Source: Cetorhinus maximus
Lineage: Eukaryota
Direction of reading: 5' to 3'
DNA: 64,000 nucleotides
Assembly: GCF_964194155.1 (NCBI RefSeq)
Contig: NC_135907.1
Coordinates: forward strand, 7,192,001-7,256,000
The notes beneath the pieces were generated by a model. That model was not told where the DNA came from and ran no database searches. It saw nothing but the letters and a program-made list of their open reading frames with translations. Both the position numbers and the translations under genes were made by a program. Positions 1-12,529 of the stretch are shown here, in pieces; the first letter of the stretch is position 1; each line of letters opens with the position of its first letter.

Positions 1-1680
1 TGTGGAGAGGGTATTCCAGGGTTTAGCGCTTAGACAATTGAAGGCACAGTCACTAATGGTTGAGCTGTTAAAATTGGGGCTGCTCAGGAAAATTAGATGA
101 GTGCAGATATCATGGAGGATCGTGGGGCCAGAGGAGGTTACAAAGATAGGGAAGTGCAAGGCCATTGAAAACAAGGATGAGAATTTTAAAAATCAAAATT
201 CTGCTTGACTGAGAGTCATGTGTTTTCCTTGATTTGAGAGGTTGGTGAGTTCAATGCATACATCAGCAAAAGGTGGCAGTGGATTTTATGAAATGAACAG
301 CTTTTGTCAAACAGAGACGTCTTTATCCAACATCAGAGGTACTGCTGTGTCCCTGAGGAAGGGCCATGCAAGCAGTAAATCTTAGAGACAACAGTGGTTT
401 CTCTATGGATACTGAGTAAAGAGTTTGCTATTCCACAAGGACACTTCTTTCACAAAATCCACTGCCTCAGTGATCTGTATGTTCGATGTTTTAAAGGACT
501 TGGTGCATTGCAGTAGCTTGTAATTTACAAGTGCCTCAAGTATATTTTACCATGCAAATACGTTGAGTCTCTTAAATGTTCGTTTTTGCGGATGTCCATT
601 TTTTGGAAGTGACCATTTATACAGGTTTCACTGTATCTCCATCGTAATATCACAGGTATGCAGTGTAATCTAGTTTTCCAAACTAATTCCTAGGTCGTTC
701 TCCAATAATTTCTTTGGGTTTCCAAAGATCAGTTTTATACAGAAGCTGTAAATCACTATCTTCCATTGGAGACCACTGTTGGGAGGTCATGGACCAATGC
801 TGAATTGTTTAAGGCCAATGAGCTCAAAAAAACTTTTTCCCCTTTCAGTAGCAGATAAACATGCTTAATTTTTGTTAGCTGAAAGAGCAAAGCTCAATAG
901 CATGTTAAATGCCTACCTTTGAATGATCTCAACTGTGGCAGCTTAATGGCCTTTCTAACAGTGGTCAAAACAAATGTGAATAAGAGAATCTCAAGCTCCC
1001 CTTACCCTCAGTGAGATTTCATGTGCACTAGCCGCCTGTGGATCTTGCCCAAGTGACTAGTATTCAAGCGCAAGTTTAGCAGTAACAGCAATTTGGGCAA
1101 CTGGGGGAGGTGGAGGAGTGATTCCAAGTCAATGCAGAACCTGTTCTCCACACACAAGAGCAGGATTCACCGCACCACTGTGGCCAGGAGGGGAACTGAG
1201 GCATTTGGGCCAATTGTGGTATCGCTTATCACGACCACTCGAGCAATCAGCTAACTTAAACACCAACCAGAAACTGAACTGTGACTTTTCCCAATGGCTC
1301 ACTCCTGCTCCTACTTCTTATGTCCTGGTGTTCTTTCTGGCCTGTATGGCTCAGTACCTGCACCACAGTCATCATCATCAAGTAACTGGGCTCAAACCTT
1401 CAGAATTCAGCCGTTGAATGATCTCTGTGTCCCCCATTTGAGCAAAAACTCATGAGAACAGTTCCAACAAACATCATCAGGGAGATGAATGGATAGACAA
1501 AAGCAGAACAAAACTAGGTCTCTGGCCAGGATAGGAAATGCCTTTCTCAGACAAAGCTTGGAATCCATAAAGCAGCTCTGCCACAGCTCCAAAGCACCAA
1601 TGGTTCATTACTGCGCCTGTCAAATTCAAGCTTTATTGGAGTTAAACAATGTAAATTAAAAAGATACCCAAAATTCTCAC

Positions 1681-1740
1681 CACATCTGTGGACAGCCACT
1701 GTTCAATGTCATCCATTAGATTGGTCTGAGTGACTGGAAT
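1681..1740 (-). CDS. TOM1: TOM1 coding exon 13, [20 protein letters not shown] (myosin VI-binding IxxWL motif)
   Basis: 60 bp, phase 0-0, acAG / GTGAGA; matches TOM1 [20 protein letters not shown]. Confidence 0.93.
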
Positions 1741-2558
1741 CTGTTACACATAAATGGGAAGGGCAGGAGGAAGTTAAACAACAATCAAAACTAAATAATT
1801 TAAAAATAATAAAATTGGTCTTTAAAATTCATATGTAAGCAAGGTATAAAATTCTTTTATTTTAATTTCTGCTCCATATAGCATGTCAATCATAACTGCT
1901 TCCCATTTAAGAATTTGGAAGGTGCTGATTTTTAAAATGAGGTTCCAAAGGATTCCTTCTGGAGCAGGTGGATCTCCAAGAACTTTATACCTTGCTTTCC
2001 AAAAAATAAACTGATAAAATTATAGTCAATTTCACCACACAAACATATACATCACTGATTGGTCACAATATTCCAAAAGGAAAAATAAATTCAAAATTAA
2101 TAATTTAATCAAAAAAAATGAGGAATAGGGTCAGCATGGTAAGAGAAGTTGATGATTGGACGGTCTAAAATAGTTAAGACATCCATCCAAAATGATACAG
2201 GAAGGATTTAGTTAACCATGCACTTATCCATGTGGACAGCCTGTTCATACACCACCTTCTTTTTCCACTACTGGGTGTTCAACTCTGTGGAAGTGAAACA
2301 TACCTCTTCTGTTGCAAACAGAGCAAGGCCAGAACTTGCTGGTTTGGTTCTCGCTCATCTCGCCAGTGCTGCTGCCACTTTACACCACCTGAGAACTGAA
2401 ACTCACCTGAGGTAAGGATAGTCTGAGTGATAGCTAAGCCAAGAAACCTTGCAGACAGCAGTCAGGCGATCAGCTGCTGCAGCTATACTCTTATGACTTT
2501 ATAGCAAGCCTGTACAACAGGACAATCTGGGTCTGAACATTAGTGTGTTGTTCTAGAC

Positions 2559-4198
2559 CAGACTTGTCCAACCTTTTCTCACTGGGGACCACATTTCAAT
2601 GTTTCTCACACTGGGGGGGGGATGAGCAAATTTCAGAAAGATGAGGTTTGGCGCAACATTAAACATGAATTTTTAAAAATAAACTGACATATGATTAGAA
2701 ACAACTTGCTGAGCAAAAAACAAACAATCACAACAATAAATTGATAATTAAAAAATGAGTAATAAATAAAGGCGACCATTCGAATCTGAAAGGGTGAGTG
2801 TGTGTGTCCAGCTAACTCCGAGTCTCAGGGTGCTCATTCACTCACCATTACCCACTTTGAGAGTGCCTATTGGTGTGAGAAGATAAGGATGAATGAGAAC
2901 CCCGTGACTGGGAGTGAGTCAGACATACACTCTCCCCTCCTTATCACCCCCCTCACTCTCACATACACACACACAGGTGCATGCGCTCACACTCTGTCAC
3001 ATATACACCTGCGCTTATCTTCACACGGTGCACTCCCTCTCCCTCACACACGCTCCCACCCACACTCTCGCACACTCCCTCCCTCATCCGTACACTCCCG
3101 CCCTCACCTGCACTCCCGCGCACTCCCGCCCCCACCCCCCCTCTCGCGCCCCCTCCCGCCCTCACCCGCACACTCCCGCCCCCTCCCGCACACTCCCGCC
3201 CCCTCCCGCACACTCCCGCCCCCACCCGCACACTCCCGCCCCCACCCGCACACTCCCGCCCCCACCCGCACACTCCCGCCCCCACCCGCACACTCCCGCC
3301 CCCACCCGCACACTCCCGCCCCCACCCGCACACTCCCGCCCTCACCCGCACACTCCCGCCCTCACCCGCACACTCCCGCCCTCACCCGCACACTCCCGCC
3401 CTCTCCCGCCCTCACCCGCACACTCCCGCCCTCACCCGCACACTCCCGCCCTCACCCGCACACTCCCGCCCTCACCCGCACACTCCCGCCCTCACCCGCA
3501 CACTCCCGCCCTCACCCGCACACTCCCGCCCTCACCCGCACACTCCCGCCCTCACCCGCACACTCCCGCCCTCACCCGCACACTCCCGCCCTCACCCGCA
3601 CACTCCCGCCCTCACCCGCACACTCCCGCCCTCACCCGCACACTCCCGCCCTCACCCGCACACTCCCGCCCTCACCCGCACACTCCCGCCCTCACCCGCA
3701 CACTCCCGCCCTCACCCGCACACTCCCGCCCTCACCCGCACACTCGCACACTCCCGCCCTCACCCGCACTCTCGCACACTCCCGCCCCCACCCGCACTCT
3801 CGCACACTCCCGCCCCCACCCGCACTCTCGCACACTCCCGCCCTCACCTGCACTCTCCCTCCCTCACAGCAGCCCGGGGGTGGGATGGGGGGAGCAGACG
3901 CAGCTGGGCCAGGGCACCAGCAGCCACAGGAAAGCATGGTGAACGTGTGCTTCAAAGTGTCTCTATCTTCAAATACTCGCAGTTGCTGATGTTCGCTGCT
4001 CCTCCAATCACATCCTGTTTCATGTTTGATGCTGACAGGCTCACTACTGAGCAGCAAAGCTGGGAGAAAAACAGGCTGTGATTGGAGAGCAGACCCTTGA
4101 AGAAATCTTCAAACACACTGAGCCATCTTACCATTTTTCAACAATCGTTCCAGGGGCCACATGGAGGGGCTTCATGGGCTGCGGGTAGAACAAGCCTG
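2559..4198. mobile_element. Non-autonomous hAT (Charlie-like) DNA transposon
   Basis: Imperfect TIRs CAGACTTGTCCAACC / GGTAGAACAAGCCTG; perfect 8-bp TSD TTCTAGAC at 2551-2558 and 4199-4206 (Charlie-type NTCTAGAN target). Confidence 0.85.
3090..3855. repeat. 20-bp C-rich minisatellite (CACTCCCGCCCTCACCCGCA)n inside the hAT element
   Basis: Over 30 tandem units, homogeneous core 3330-3740, variant units at both ends. Confidence 0.97.
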
Positions 4199-5528
4199 TT
4201 CTAGACCAAATAACCAGCTGCACATTATGGCAACGCAATCAGTCACAGACTTGCGCTTATGCCTTGGCACGCAAAACAGCCAACACTCAGTCATTTAAAA
4301 ATATCATTGTAAGTGATTATTTCTTTTTTGCACTGGTCAACGTAAGAATACAAAACCCTCAGGCTAAGTATGGGACAGTTTGAAAATGTAATGTACCCTC
4401 TATTCTGACCCAACCCTGTACTTCAGAAGCAGCAATGGTAGACTTGATGTGCTGAATATCCAAGTGCCAAGCAGTATAACATTTCTGGCTATTCTGTGCT
4501 GTGGATCCATGGCCTTCAGGATTTGGGCTGAATGACCTCAACTCTAGTCACAAAGGACCTGGAAGGGACTGTCATCCTGTGGTCAGAGAGCTTTGAATAG
4601 AGACTGAAAGTGAATATGGACCCATTCAAAATAGTCTTGCCCACCACTGATACCATCTCAAAAGCTTCAGGTTGAACACAGTGGTAGTATTTTAAGCTAT
4701 TCTGGACATTACAAGATTTGAATCAAATTTTTAATAACATTATCTTTTGGCAGCACTGGATGGTCACAATCCTTAAGTGCAGGAATCCTGAAGAAGCAAT
4801 CAGATGCCAAAAAAAGTAAAAGTCCACAGCCAATACATACACTGCTTTGCTTCTAGCAGTGGCTCTGATCTCCTTTCATTGAAATTTGAAAATAACTAGT
4901 AGAATTGATATGCATCTCGGATTCTGAAAGTTGTTCATATACATAGCACTTTAGACAGTGAGGAAGATTACATTTCAGAAAGGGCAATGGAAAATTAAAC
5001 ATTTCACAATAATTATTTAAAATAATCACAAGTTGAATAGAGCTTTTAACAAATGATTAATAAGTAACAACTCTACAAGATCACCCAACAACATAAATGA
5101 CCCAGCATTGGAATCAGCAAGTACAGAGGACGTCCTGCAATAGCCTCTGCTTCATCAATTGTTTAAGTGAAATAAATGCCTGTTGGAAAACCAAGTTGTT
5201 CCCAGTAAAGCAAAGTAGAAACACGCTTGCTCCAAATACCAAAAACCCAGACAGGTTGGATTGAGAGTTACAATACCCCAGGACACAGACAGTATTGAGG
5301 GACTTCCACCAGCCTAGATGTATACAGTTAGCAATACTAATTCTGCCAATAAAATATTTTTCATTCTCTGAAGACGAGAAGAATTTTACAAAGAAATCAA
5401 TCCAACAGGAGGGAGAGTGTTAGGCAAAAGGATTTAGTAATGTTTGTTCTTCAAAAAAATAAGAATGATAAAGCGACATCTACCAAGTGATTTTTAAAAA
5501 CAAACTAAACCAGATTGCTTTAATTGGG

Positions 5529-5832
5529 AACAGAAACAGAAATACCTGGAAAAGCTCAGCAGGTCTGGCAGCATCGGCGGAGAAGAGCACAGTTGGCGTT
5601 TCGAGTCCCCATGACCCTTCAACAGAACTAAGGAAAAATAGGGGAGGGGTGAAATATAAGCTGGTTTGTGGGGCGGGGGGGGTTCTCCCTATTCTCTCAG
5701 GGTCATTAGGACCCGAAACATCAACTGTGCTCTTCTTCGCTGATGCTGCCAGACCTGCTGAGTTTTTCCAGGTATTTCTGTTTCTGTTTTTGTTTTGGAT
5801 TTCCAGCATCCGCAGTTCTTTGCTTTTATCTC
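5529..5832. mobile_element. Fold-back Penelope-like terminal-repeat insertion
   Basis: Two inverted copies of the same terminus (AAATACCTGGAAAA..CAGCAGGTCTGGCAGCATC); perfect 14-bp TSD TTGCTTTAATTGGG at 5515-5528 and 5833-5846. Confidence 0.8.
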
Positions 5833-6586
5833 TTGCTTTAATTGGGCTTTGTTTGATTGTGGGGAGATGCAGGAATGGGGAAGAGGAGGAGAAAGAAAGT
5901 TATTCATGGTTCCTACCCCAACTGAGCTATCCAATGACTTTTGGAATTCACCTTTGAATAGGTGGCCAGCATCCAAGATATAGTTTGGGGGGGGGGGGGG
6001 ATTTTCTTGTTTACCTTTCCCAGTCCCTTAACTACCTTATAATCCTCTATGGAGTTATTTCTTAGGACCTTCCTTTCTAGGCTGAAAAACACATCTCTAA
6101 AGATATAAGGGATAAAGAAACAGAAGGATATGCTGATAGGGTGAAGTAGGTTGAGAGAAGGCATATGTGGCATATAAACACCAGCATAGACCAAGTGGGC
6201 CGAGTAACCTGTTTCTGAGCTGTAAGTACACGTAATTCGTCAGTTGTAGAAATCCAGATTATTTTTTAGGTTAATTCCTAGCAAGGCGCTTGTTTTTTTT
6301 GCATGCGAGGAAAGGAAGGGAATCGAGCAGCAATGTAGGCTTTGCAGTGAGAGTTGGAAGGGCAGGGGACGTACTGGATGGGAAGAATTTCATCATTCTT
6401 AATATTCAGGGAGCAGGTTTTTAGCCCCCAAATCCTTTCAATTTGATGTAAAACACAAAGACAACCACCGTGTCATCTCAGGTAAGGTCGTCACCTAACA
6501 CTGTCTGCGGCATCACCAAACAGCCCACAGGTCAAGGCCCTGAAGGGCAGAAGATGAACCAGCCAGAGAATATGGTGAACTCTCAC

Positions 6587-6652
6587 CAGTCCTTGGTTTA
6601 ACATCCAGGTGTCTATCGTTCCGTTCGTGTGCTCATTCAATGTATCCTTCGT
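6587..6652 (-). CDS. TOM1: Probable TOM1 cassette exon (12b), TKDTLNEHTNGTIDTWMLNQGL
   Basis: 66 bp, phase 0-0, aatAG / GTGAGA, open frame; ends in W-x-x-x-Q-G-hydrophobic like the optional exon I recall in long TOM1/TOM1L2 isoforms. Confidence 0.75.
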
Positions 6653-6749
6653 CTATTTCAGAGAAATTATCACTCAATAAAAAACAGGTTAAAGCAACTT
6701 TAAAAGTCTATACTCAACTCACCTGTGTTTTAAAGGACACTGTTTTTCG

Positions 6750-7665
6750 AGAACCATAGAAAAGTTACAGCATAGAAAGAGGCCATTCAGCCCATCATGC
6801 CTGGGCCAGCCCCCAAAAAAGAAGAAACCAGCCGCTCATTTTTAATCCCACTTTCCAGCACTTGGTCCGTAGCCTTGCAGGTTATAGCACTTCATGAGTT
6901 GAACGTTTCAGCCTCAACCACCAATTTAGGCAGTGAATTCCAGTCACCCATCACCCTCTGGGTTAAGAAGTTTCTCCTCAGGTCCCCTCTAATCCTTGTA
7001 CTAATCACCTTAAATCTATGCCCCCTGATAATTGACCCCTCAGTTAGGAGAAACAAGTCTTTCCTGTCTACCCTATTTTGGCCCCTCATGATTTTGTACA
7101 CCTCAATTAGGTCACCCTTCAGCCTCCTCTGTTCTAAGGAAAACAACCCTAGCCTATCCAATCTTTCCGTATAGCTGCAATTTTCAAGCCCTGGCAACAT
7201 TCTTGTAAATATTCTCTGTACTCACCCCACAGCAATTATGTCCTTCCTATAATGTGGTGACCAGAACTGCACACAAAATTCCAGCTGTGGCCTAACCAAT
7301 GTTTTATACATTTCCATCATTACATCCCTGCTTTTGCATTCAATACCTCGTCCAAAAGAGGAAAGCATTCCATATGCTTTCTTTACCACCCGTCCTGTCA
7401 CCTTCAGCGACCTGTGCACTCCAAGGTTTCTCATTTCCTCAACCCTTCTCAATAACCTTCCACTTATTGAGTATTCCCTTGCTTTGTTCACTCTCCCTAA
7501 ATGCATTACCACACACTTTTCTGACTGAATTCCATTTGCCACTTTTCAGCCCAACTCAACCAAACCATTGATATTATTCTGGAGACAACAGTTATCCTCT
7601 TCACTATCAACTACACAGCCAATTTTTGTGTCATCTGCAAATTTTCCAATCACGTCTCCCACATG
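6750..7665 (-). mobile_element. CR1-type LINE 3' fragment
   Basis: KFADDTKIG, LVRPQLEFCVQFWSP, RRLKGDLIEVYKI motifs; typical 3' tail. Confidence 0.9.
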
Positions 7666-8004
7666 TAAGGCCTTTTTTTGGGATGCAAGTGTTGCCGGCA
7701 AGGCCAGCATTTGTTGCCTATCCTGAACTGCCCTCAAGAATATGGGTGGAGAGTCGTGCTCTTTATAAAACTAAAAGCCACCTTTGAGCTATGCAGGTAC
7801 GAAGGACACAGATCTGTTGAGTTATTTGATCGCAGCAATAGGAGCACTGCAATTCTTGAAGTCTCTGGGTAATTGAGAGTAGAGGGAAGAAAATAAAAGC
7901 AACCAGTGTTCTTGCTAAACAACAACTTCAACCAAGAGCCTGTGTACATGGATGCCAGGTTAAGGACAGCATCAAGCTCAGCTGCAATTTTCTCAACAGC
8001 TGAT

Positions 8005-8055
8005 AGTTTAATGATACTATTAAGACTCCAGTTTAATGATACTATTAAGACTCCA
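8005..8055. repeat. 25-bp perfect tandem duplication AGTTTAATGATACTATTAAGACTCC x2
   Basis: Directly visible. Confidence 0.9.
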
Positions 8056-8189
8056 ATGATCTCTTGGCCAGCGTATCAGAGGAGAATCTCCACTGAAATG
8101 GGCCCCTTCAAGGGATCAATGTCTTCAGGAGAGAAGATTGGAAAGTAATCCAAAAATGCTTAAAGAATTTACTATCAACTTGAATGTCC

Positions 8190-8610
8190 TTGTGCTTTGT
8201 CGCCTGTATCCTGACTCACACTAAATCCTGTTCATCCATCACCCCAGTCTTTGCGGACGTACACTGGCTTCCAGTCCAGCAATGCCTTAATTTTAAAATT
8301 AATCCTTGCGTTCAAATCCTTCCACAGCCTTGGCCTTCCCTATTGCTGCAACTGTCCCCTCCTCTACAACCCTGAGAGAACTAAGCATTCCTCCTACTCT
8401 GGTCTCCTGCGCATCCCCAAGTTTTTTCAACTGTCTCAGCCCTCAGCCCTGGAAATCTCTTCTCCTTTTTGACACTCCTTTAAACCTACCTTCTTCACCT
8501 GTCCTAATATCTGTGGGTCAGTGTTAAACTTTGGGCAATAATACTCCTGCGAAACGTCTTGGGAGATTTCACTATGTTGAAGGCGCTATATAAATGTGAA
8601 ATATTATTGC
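8190..8610 (+). mobile_element. Degenerate L2-like LINE 3' fragment
   Basis: ITPVFADVHWLPVQQ-type motif and TGAAACGTCTTGGGA..TATATAAATG tail shared with other copies in the window. Confidence 0.6.
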
Positions 8611-9865
8611 CGTTTTCTACTACTTGAAAATCTCTGAAGTAGTAAACGATGGTTTTAGGAGAACTTTCTTTGTGATATTGATCCCCAGGATGTAAACGAG
8701 AATCAGCAAACTGAACTGTTGAAAGGACCCAAAACATTAAAGTACCTGGATCAATGCCTATAATCAATGTTGTCACTAATTCAGCTTCATCCACATTGGT
8801 TCTCTCCTCATTCAGTGTTGAGACAAATGTTAAACATCTTACAAAATAATCATCTTTTAAAATTGCTTTAAGTAAAGAAATGTTAATGACAAGTGCTGTT
8901 CTTCAGCCTCTGTTGTAGGGATATAGAGAGATCCAATATCCCCAGTGCCTCACCAGACATTGAATAATGAGTAGGGCACAAATACATACACCACCTGTTT
9001 AGAGTTCATTTGAAGTCATCATCTGGATAACTGAATGAGCCCTGACCAAGTGTTGCTTAGCTACAATTAATTATCTTACAGAAACTTGGAGCTTGGCACA
9101 GGTTTCTCTTTAGACTGAGTCAGGGGTGTGAATGGAAATTTAAATTGGATGGTAAAATTACTTTCATCTCATTCCTGGGGACCTTTGGAAAGTTAAACGG
9201 GCCTCTCTCTTGACCCACCCAAGTGACCTTTTAAGATACTTACGAATTTCCAAGAATAGTAATGAACAAGAACTGTAGTTATCCTGTAATAATTTCAATT
9301 AGTGTTTACTGTAAATGTATCATTAGAGATGGAGGCAGTGCAGCACAGGAAAAGTTTGTATTTATATAGTGCCTTCCACATTCTCAGGATGTCAAAGTGA
9401 TTCACAATGGTTTACAGGGTGTTATGAAGTTAATGTTAAGTAAATCAATTTTTTACTTTTCATTCCTCACCATCTGCATAAAGTGACATCACTATTGCCA
9501 GCTAGAATGGAAATGATGGTGGGGAATTTCCCCATCAATCACACTGAGTGACTGGGATTGGTTTTACACACAATTTGTATTATATAAATTATTCTCCACT
9601 CGCTGCATTTTCCTGGAGAAATAACTATGCTTTTATGAGGAGACGTTGCTGTAGCTTTTAGGTTATGAGTTCTGTTTTCTGTAGCTAGCAAAGATTTTTC
9701 TTAAACAGATTCTGTAGACCATTTGCTGTACTGCTCTGTTAACATAGAGTTGTTTGCAAAATAGACTTGCAAATCCTTCCTCAAGTCCCACCCAACTCAG
9801 TGGTTAGCACAGTGGTGTCAATAGACACTGTTCCTTTACCTCTGCTCAAGATCTCATCCATTGCA

Positions 9866-11770
9866 ACTGAAGGACCAGAGGGGAAGTGAAGAAACTAATA
9901 AGAAAAGCAAGGAGAGCGCATGAAAAGAGGCTGGTAGCAAACATAAAAGGGAATCCCAAGGTCTTCTATAAGCATGTAAATAATAAAAGGGTGGTAAAAA
10001 AAAGAATAGGGCCGATTAAGGACAAAAAAGGGGGCTTGCATGTGGAGGTTGGTTAAATGGTGGAGGTATTGAATGAGTACTTTGCATCTGTCTTTACAAA
10101 GGAAGAGCTTGTTACCCAGGTGAGAGAGGAGGTAACTGGTACACTAGAAGAACTTACAATTGAGAGGAAAGAGGTATTGGAAAGGCTGTCTTTACTTAAA
10201 ATAGGCAAGGTACCAGGACTGGATGAGAGGCATCCAAGGGTACTGAGTGAAGTGAGTGGAAATTGCAGAGGCACTAGTGATAATCCTCCAGTCTTCCTTA
10301 GGCACAGGGAAGGTGTCAGAGGACTGGGGAACTGCAAATGTTACACCCTTGTTCAAAAAGGGTTGCAAGGATAAAGCTGACAACTACAGGCCAGTCAGTT
10401 TGACCTCAGTAGTAGGGAAACTTCTGGAAACTATAGTATGGGATAAAATCAATAATCACTTCGAGAAGTGCAGGATAATTAAGGAAAGCCAGCATGGATT
10501 CATTAAGGGAAAATCATGTTTAACTAACTTGGAATTTTTTGAGGAGGTAACAGGGAAGGTTGATAAGGGAGGCTGTTGATATGGTGTATATGGATTTTTA
10601 AAAGTTCATTTGATACAGTGCCACTCAACAGACTTGTGAGAAAAATTCTAGGTTATGGAATAAAAGGGAAAGTAGGCACTTGGATAAGAAATTGGCTGAG
10701 TGACAGGAAACAGAGAATAGTGATGAATGGTTGCCTTTCAGTTTGGAGGAAGGCTTGTAATAGAGTTCCTCAGGGGTCAGTGTTGGGACCCTTGCTCTTC
10801 CTGATATATATTAATGACCTACACTGTGGTGTGCAGGGCATGATTTCAAAATTTGCAGATGATACGAAGGTTGGAAAAGTTGTCAACTGAGATGGAGATA
10901 GTCTTGAACTTCAAAAGGACATAGACATATTGGTGGATTGGGTAGACGAGTGGCAGATGGAGTTCAATGCGGAGAAGTGTGAGGTGATTCGTTTTGGCAG
11001 GGAAGATATGGTGAGACAGTATAAAGTAAAGGGAGAGCCTTTAGTGCAGGAACAGAGGGACCTTGGTGTATAAGTACATAGGTAATTGATGATGACAGGG
11101 CATGTTGAGAGAGCTGTAATTAAAACATATAGTATCTTAGGCTTTACTAATAGGGCCATTGAGTACAAGAGTAAGGAGGTCATGTTGAATTTGTATAAGA
11201 CACTAGTTTGGCCTCATCTGGAGTACTGCGTCCAGTTCTAGGTGCCATACTTAAGGAAGAATGTGAAGGCATTGGAGATGGTGCAGAGATTATTCACAAG
11301 AATGATTCCCAGAATGAAGAACTGTAGCTATGAGGATAGATTGAAGAGGTTCGGACCGTTTTCCTTGGAGAAAAGAAGGCTGAGAGGAGGCTTGATAGAG
11401 GTAGTCAAGATCCCAAGAGGTAAGGACAGGGTAAATAGTAAGAAACTGTTCCCACTCAAGAGAACATCAAGAACTAGAGGACGCGGATCCAAAATAATTG
11501 GCAAAAGGAGTAAATGTGATGTGAGGAAAAATTTTTTCACCCAGAGGGTGGTTGAAATCAGGAACAAATTTCCTGAAAGGGTGGTGGAGGCAGGTTCAAT
11601 CGAGGTATTCAAAAGGGAATTGGATGGCTACCTGAAAAGAGATAATGTGCAAGGTTACGGGGATAAGGCGAGGGAGTGGGGCTAGGTGAAATACTCTTTC
11701 AGAGAGCCAGTGCAGACTCGATGGGCTGAATGGCCTCCTCCTGCACTGTAAAGATACTGTGATACTGTGA
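9866..11770 (+). mobile_element. CR1-type LINE, 5'-truncated ORF2 (RT) with frameshifts
   Basis: NYRPVSLTSVVGK, SQHGFIKGKSCLTNL, VPQGSVLGP, KFADDTK; 3' short tandem repeat. Confidence 0.93.
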
Positions 11771-12147
11771 AACACACTGTCTAGGTGCTGAAGCCAGGCC
11801 CAAATCCTCCAATCTGTGGCACTGTGTTGGTCCACCAAACCCCACCCCTCCCAGGAACAACTTTATGTAAGAACATTTCAAAACTTTCAAATGCACAAAT
11901 TTCATCTGTATTTTGAAAATAAAATGGAACTACATTTTAACAACTAATAAGTCTCACTTGTTTGTAAAAAGCATTGAATTTCTTTAAAAAAAATGTTTAA
12001 TGATTTTGATGAAGTGAAATTCACTTTGCTTCAGCAAATACAAAACTGGACCAAATCCACAAATTAGAGAATAAATCAGTAGAAACCTATGTTCATTATA
12101 ATATTTAATGAGCTGTGTATAGGAAATAGATTTGAAGCAACACTCAC

Positions 12148-12223
12148 CGCTCCGGTGTTCTGTTGTCGAGTATCCAGCGCTCCTGCCAGTCCTTCAATTG
12201 CCTGAGGTTCTTCATATTTTACA
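12148..12223 (-). CDS. TOM1: TOM1 coding exon 12, (N)[25 protein letters not shown]
   Basis: 76 bp, phase 2-0, ttcttccAG / GTGAGT; closely matches TOM1 [25 protein letters not shown], not TOM1L2. Confidence 0.93.
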
Positions 12224-12529
12224 CTGGAAGAAAACCAACATTCTCTTGTTAGCAATGTGCTTGTTGATTAATCAGTCTCCATAACCAGCCTTAGAGGATG
12301 CAACAAATTGAAATGTTGACTGCCGGATTCACTATACCGAGAAGAGGAGGGAAGAAAAACAGCTCATAAATAGCAAGCTGTATCTAAATTCTTATCCTTC
12401 CATTCACATCCCTCCATGGCTTTGCCCGTCCCTATCATGTAACCTCCTCCATTCTCACAAAATCTCTGAAGTCCTCCAACTCTGATCTTTTCTGTACCTC
12501 TGATTTTTAAATCAAATAGTCATTTGGTA

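Noticed and set aside
545-635. Possible Tigger/pogo terminal repeat (AGGTTTCACTG-TA)
   Set aside because: Matching left TIR not found, so insufficient to call
1000-1045. Possible TOM1 exon 14 (GTAAG donor near 1002-1005)
   Set aside because: Translation does not match the expected GVTSEE motif; exons 14-15 probably lie beyond the window start
2305-2422. Exon-like segment on minus strand with AG and GTATGT/GTGAGT sites
   Set aside because: No acceptor/donor pair preserves phase 0-0 between exons 12 and 13 without a stop; no family similarity
3090-3855. CRISPR-like array
   Set aside because: Units are directly adjacent with no unique spacers; eukaryotic context, no cas genes
2802-4081. Three long Pro/His-rich ORFs (342-395 aa) and antisense Gly/Val-rich ORFs
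   Set aside because: Artefact of a stop-free 20-bp minisatellite; the same peptide cycles through all frames; lies within a hAT MITE
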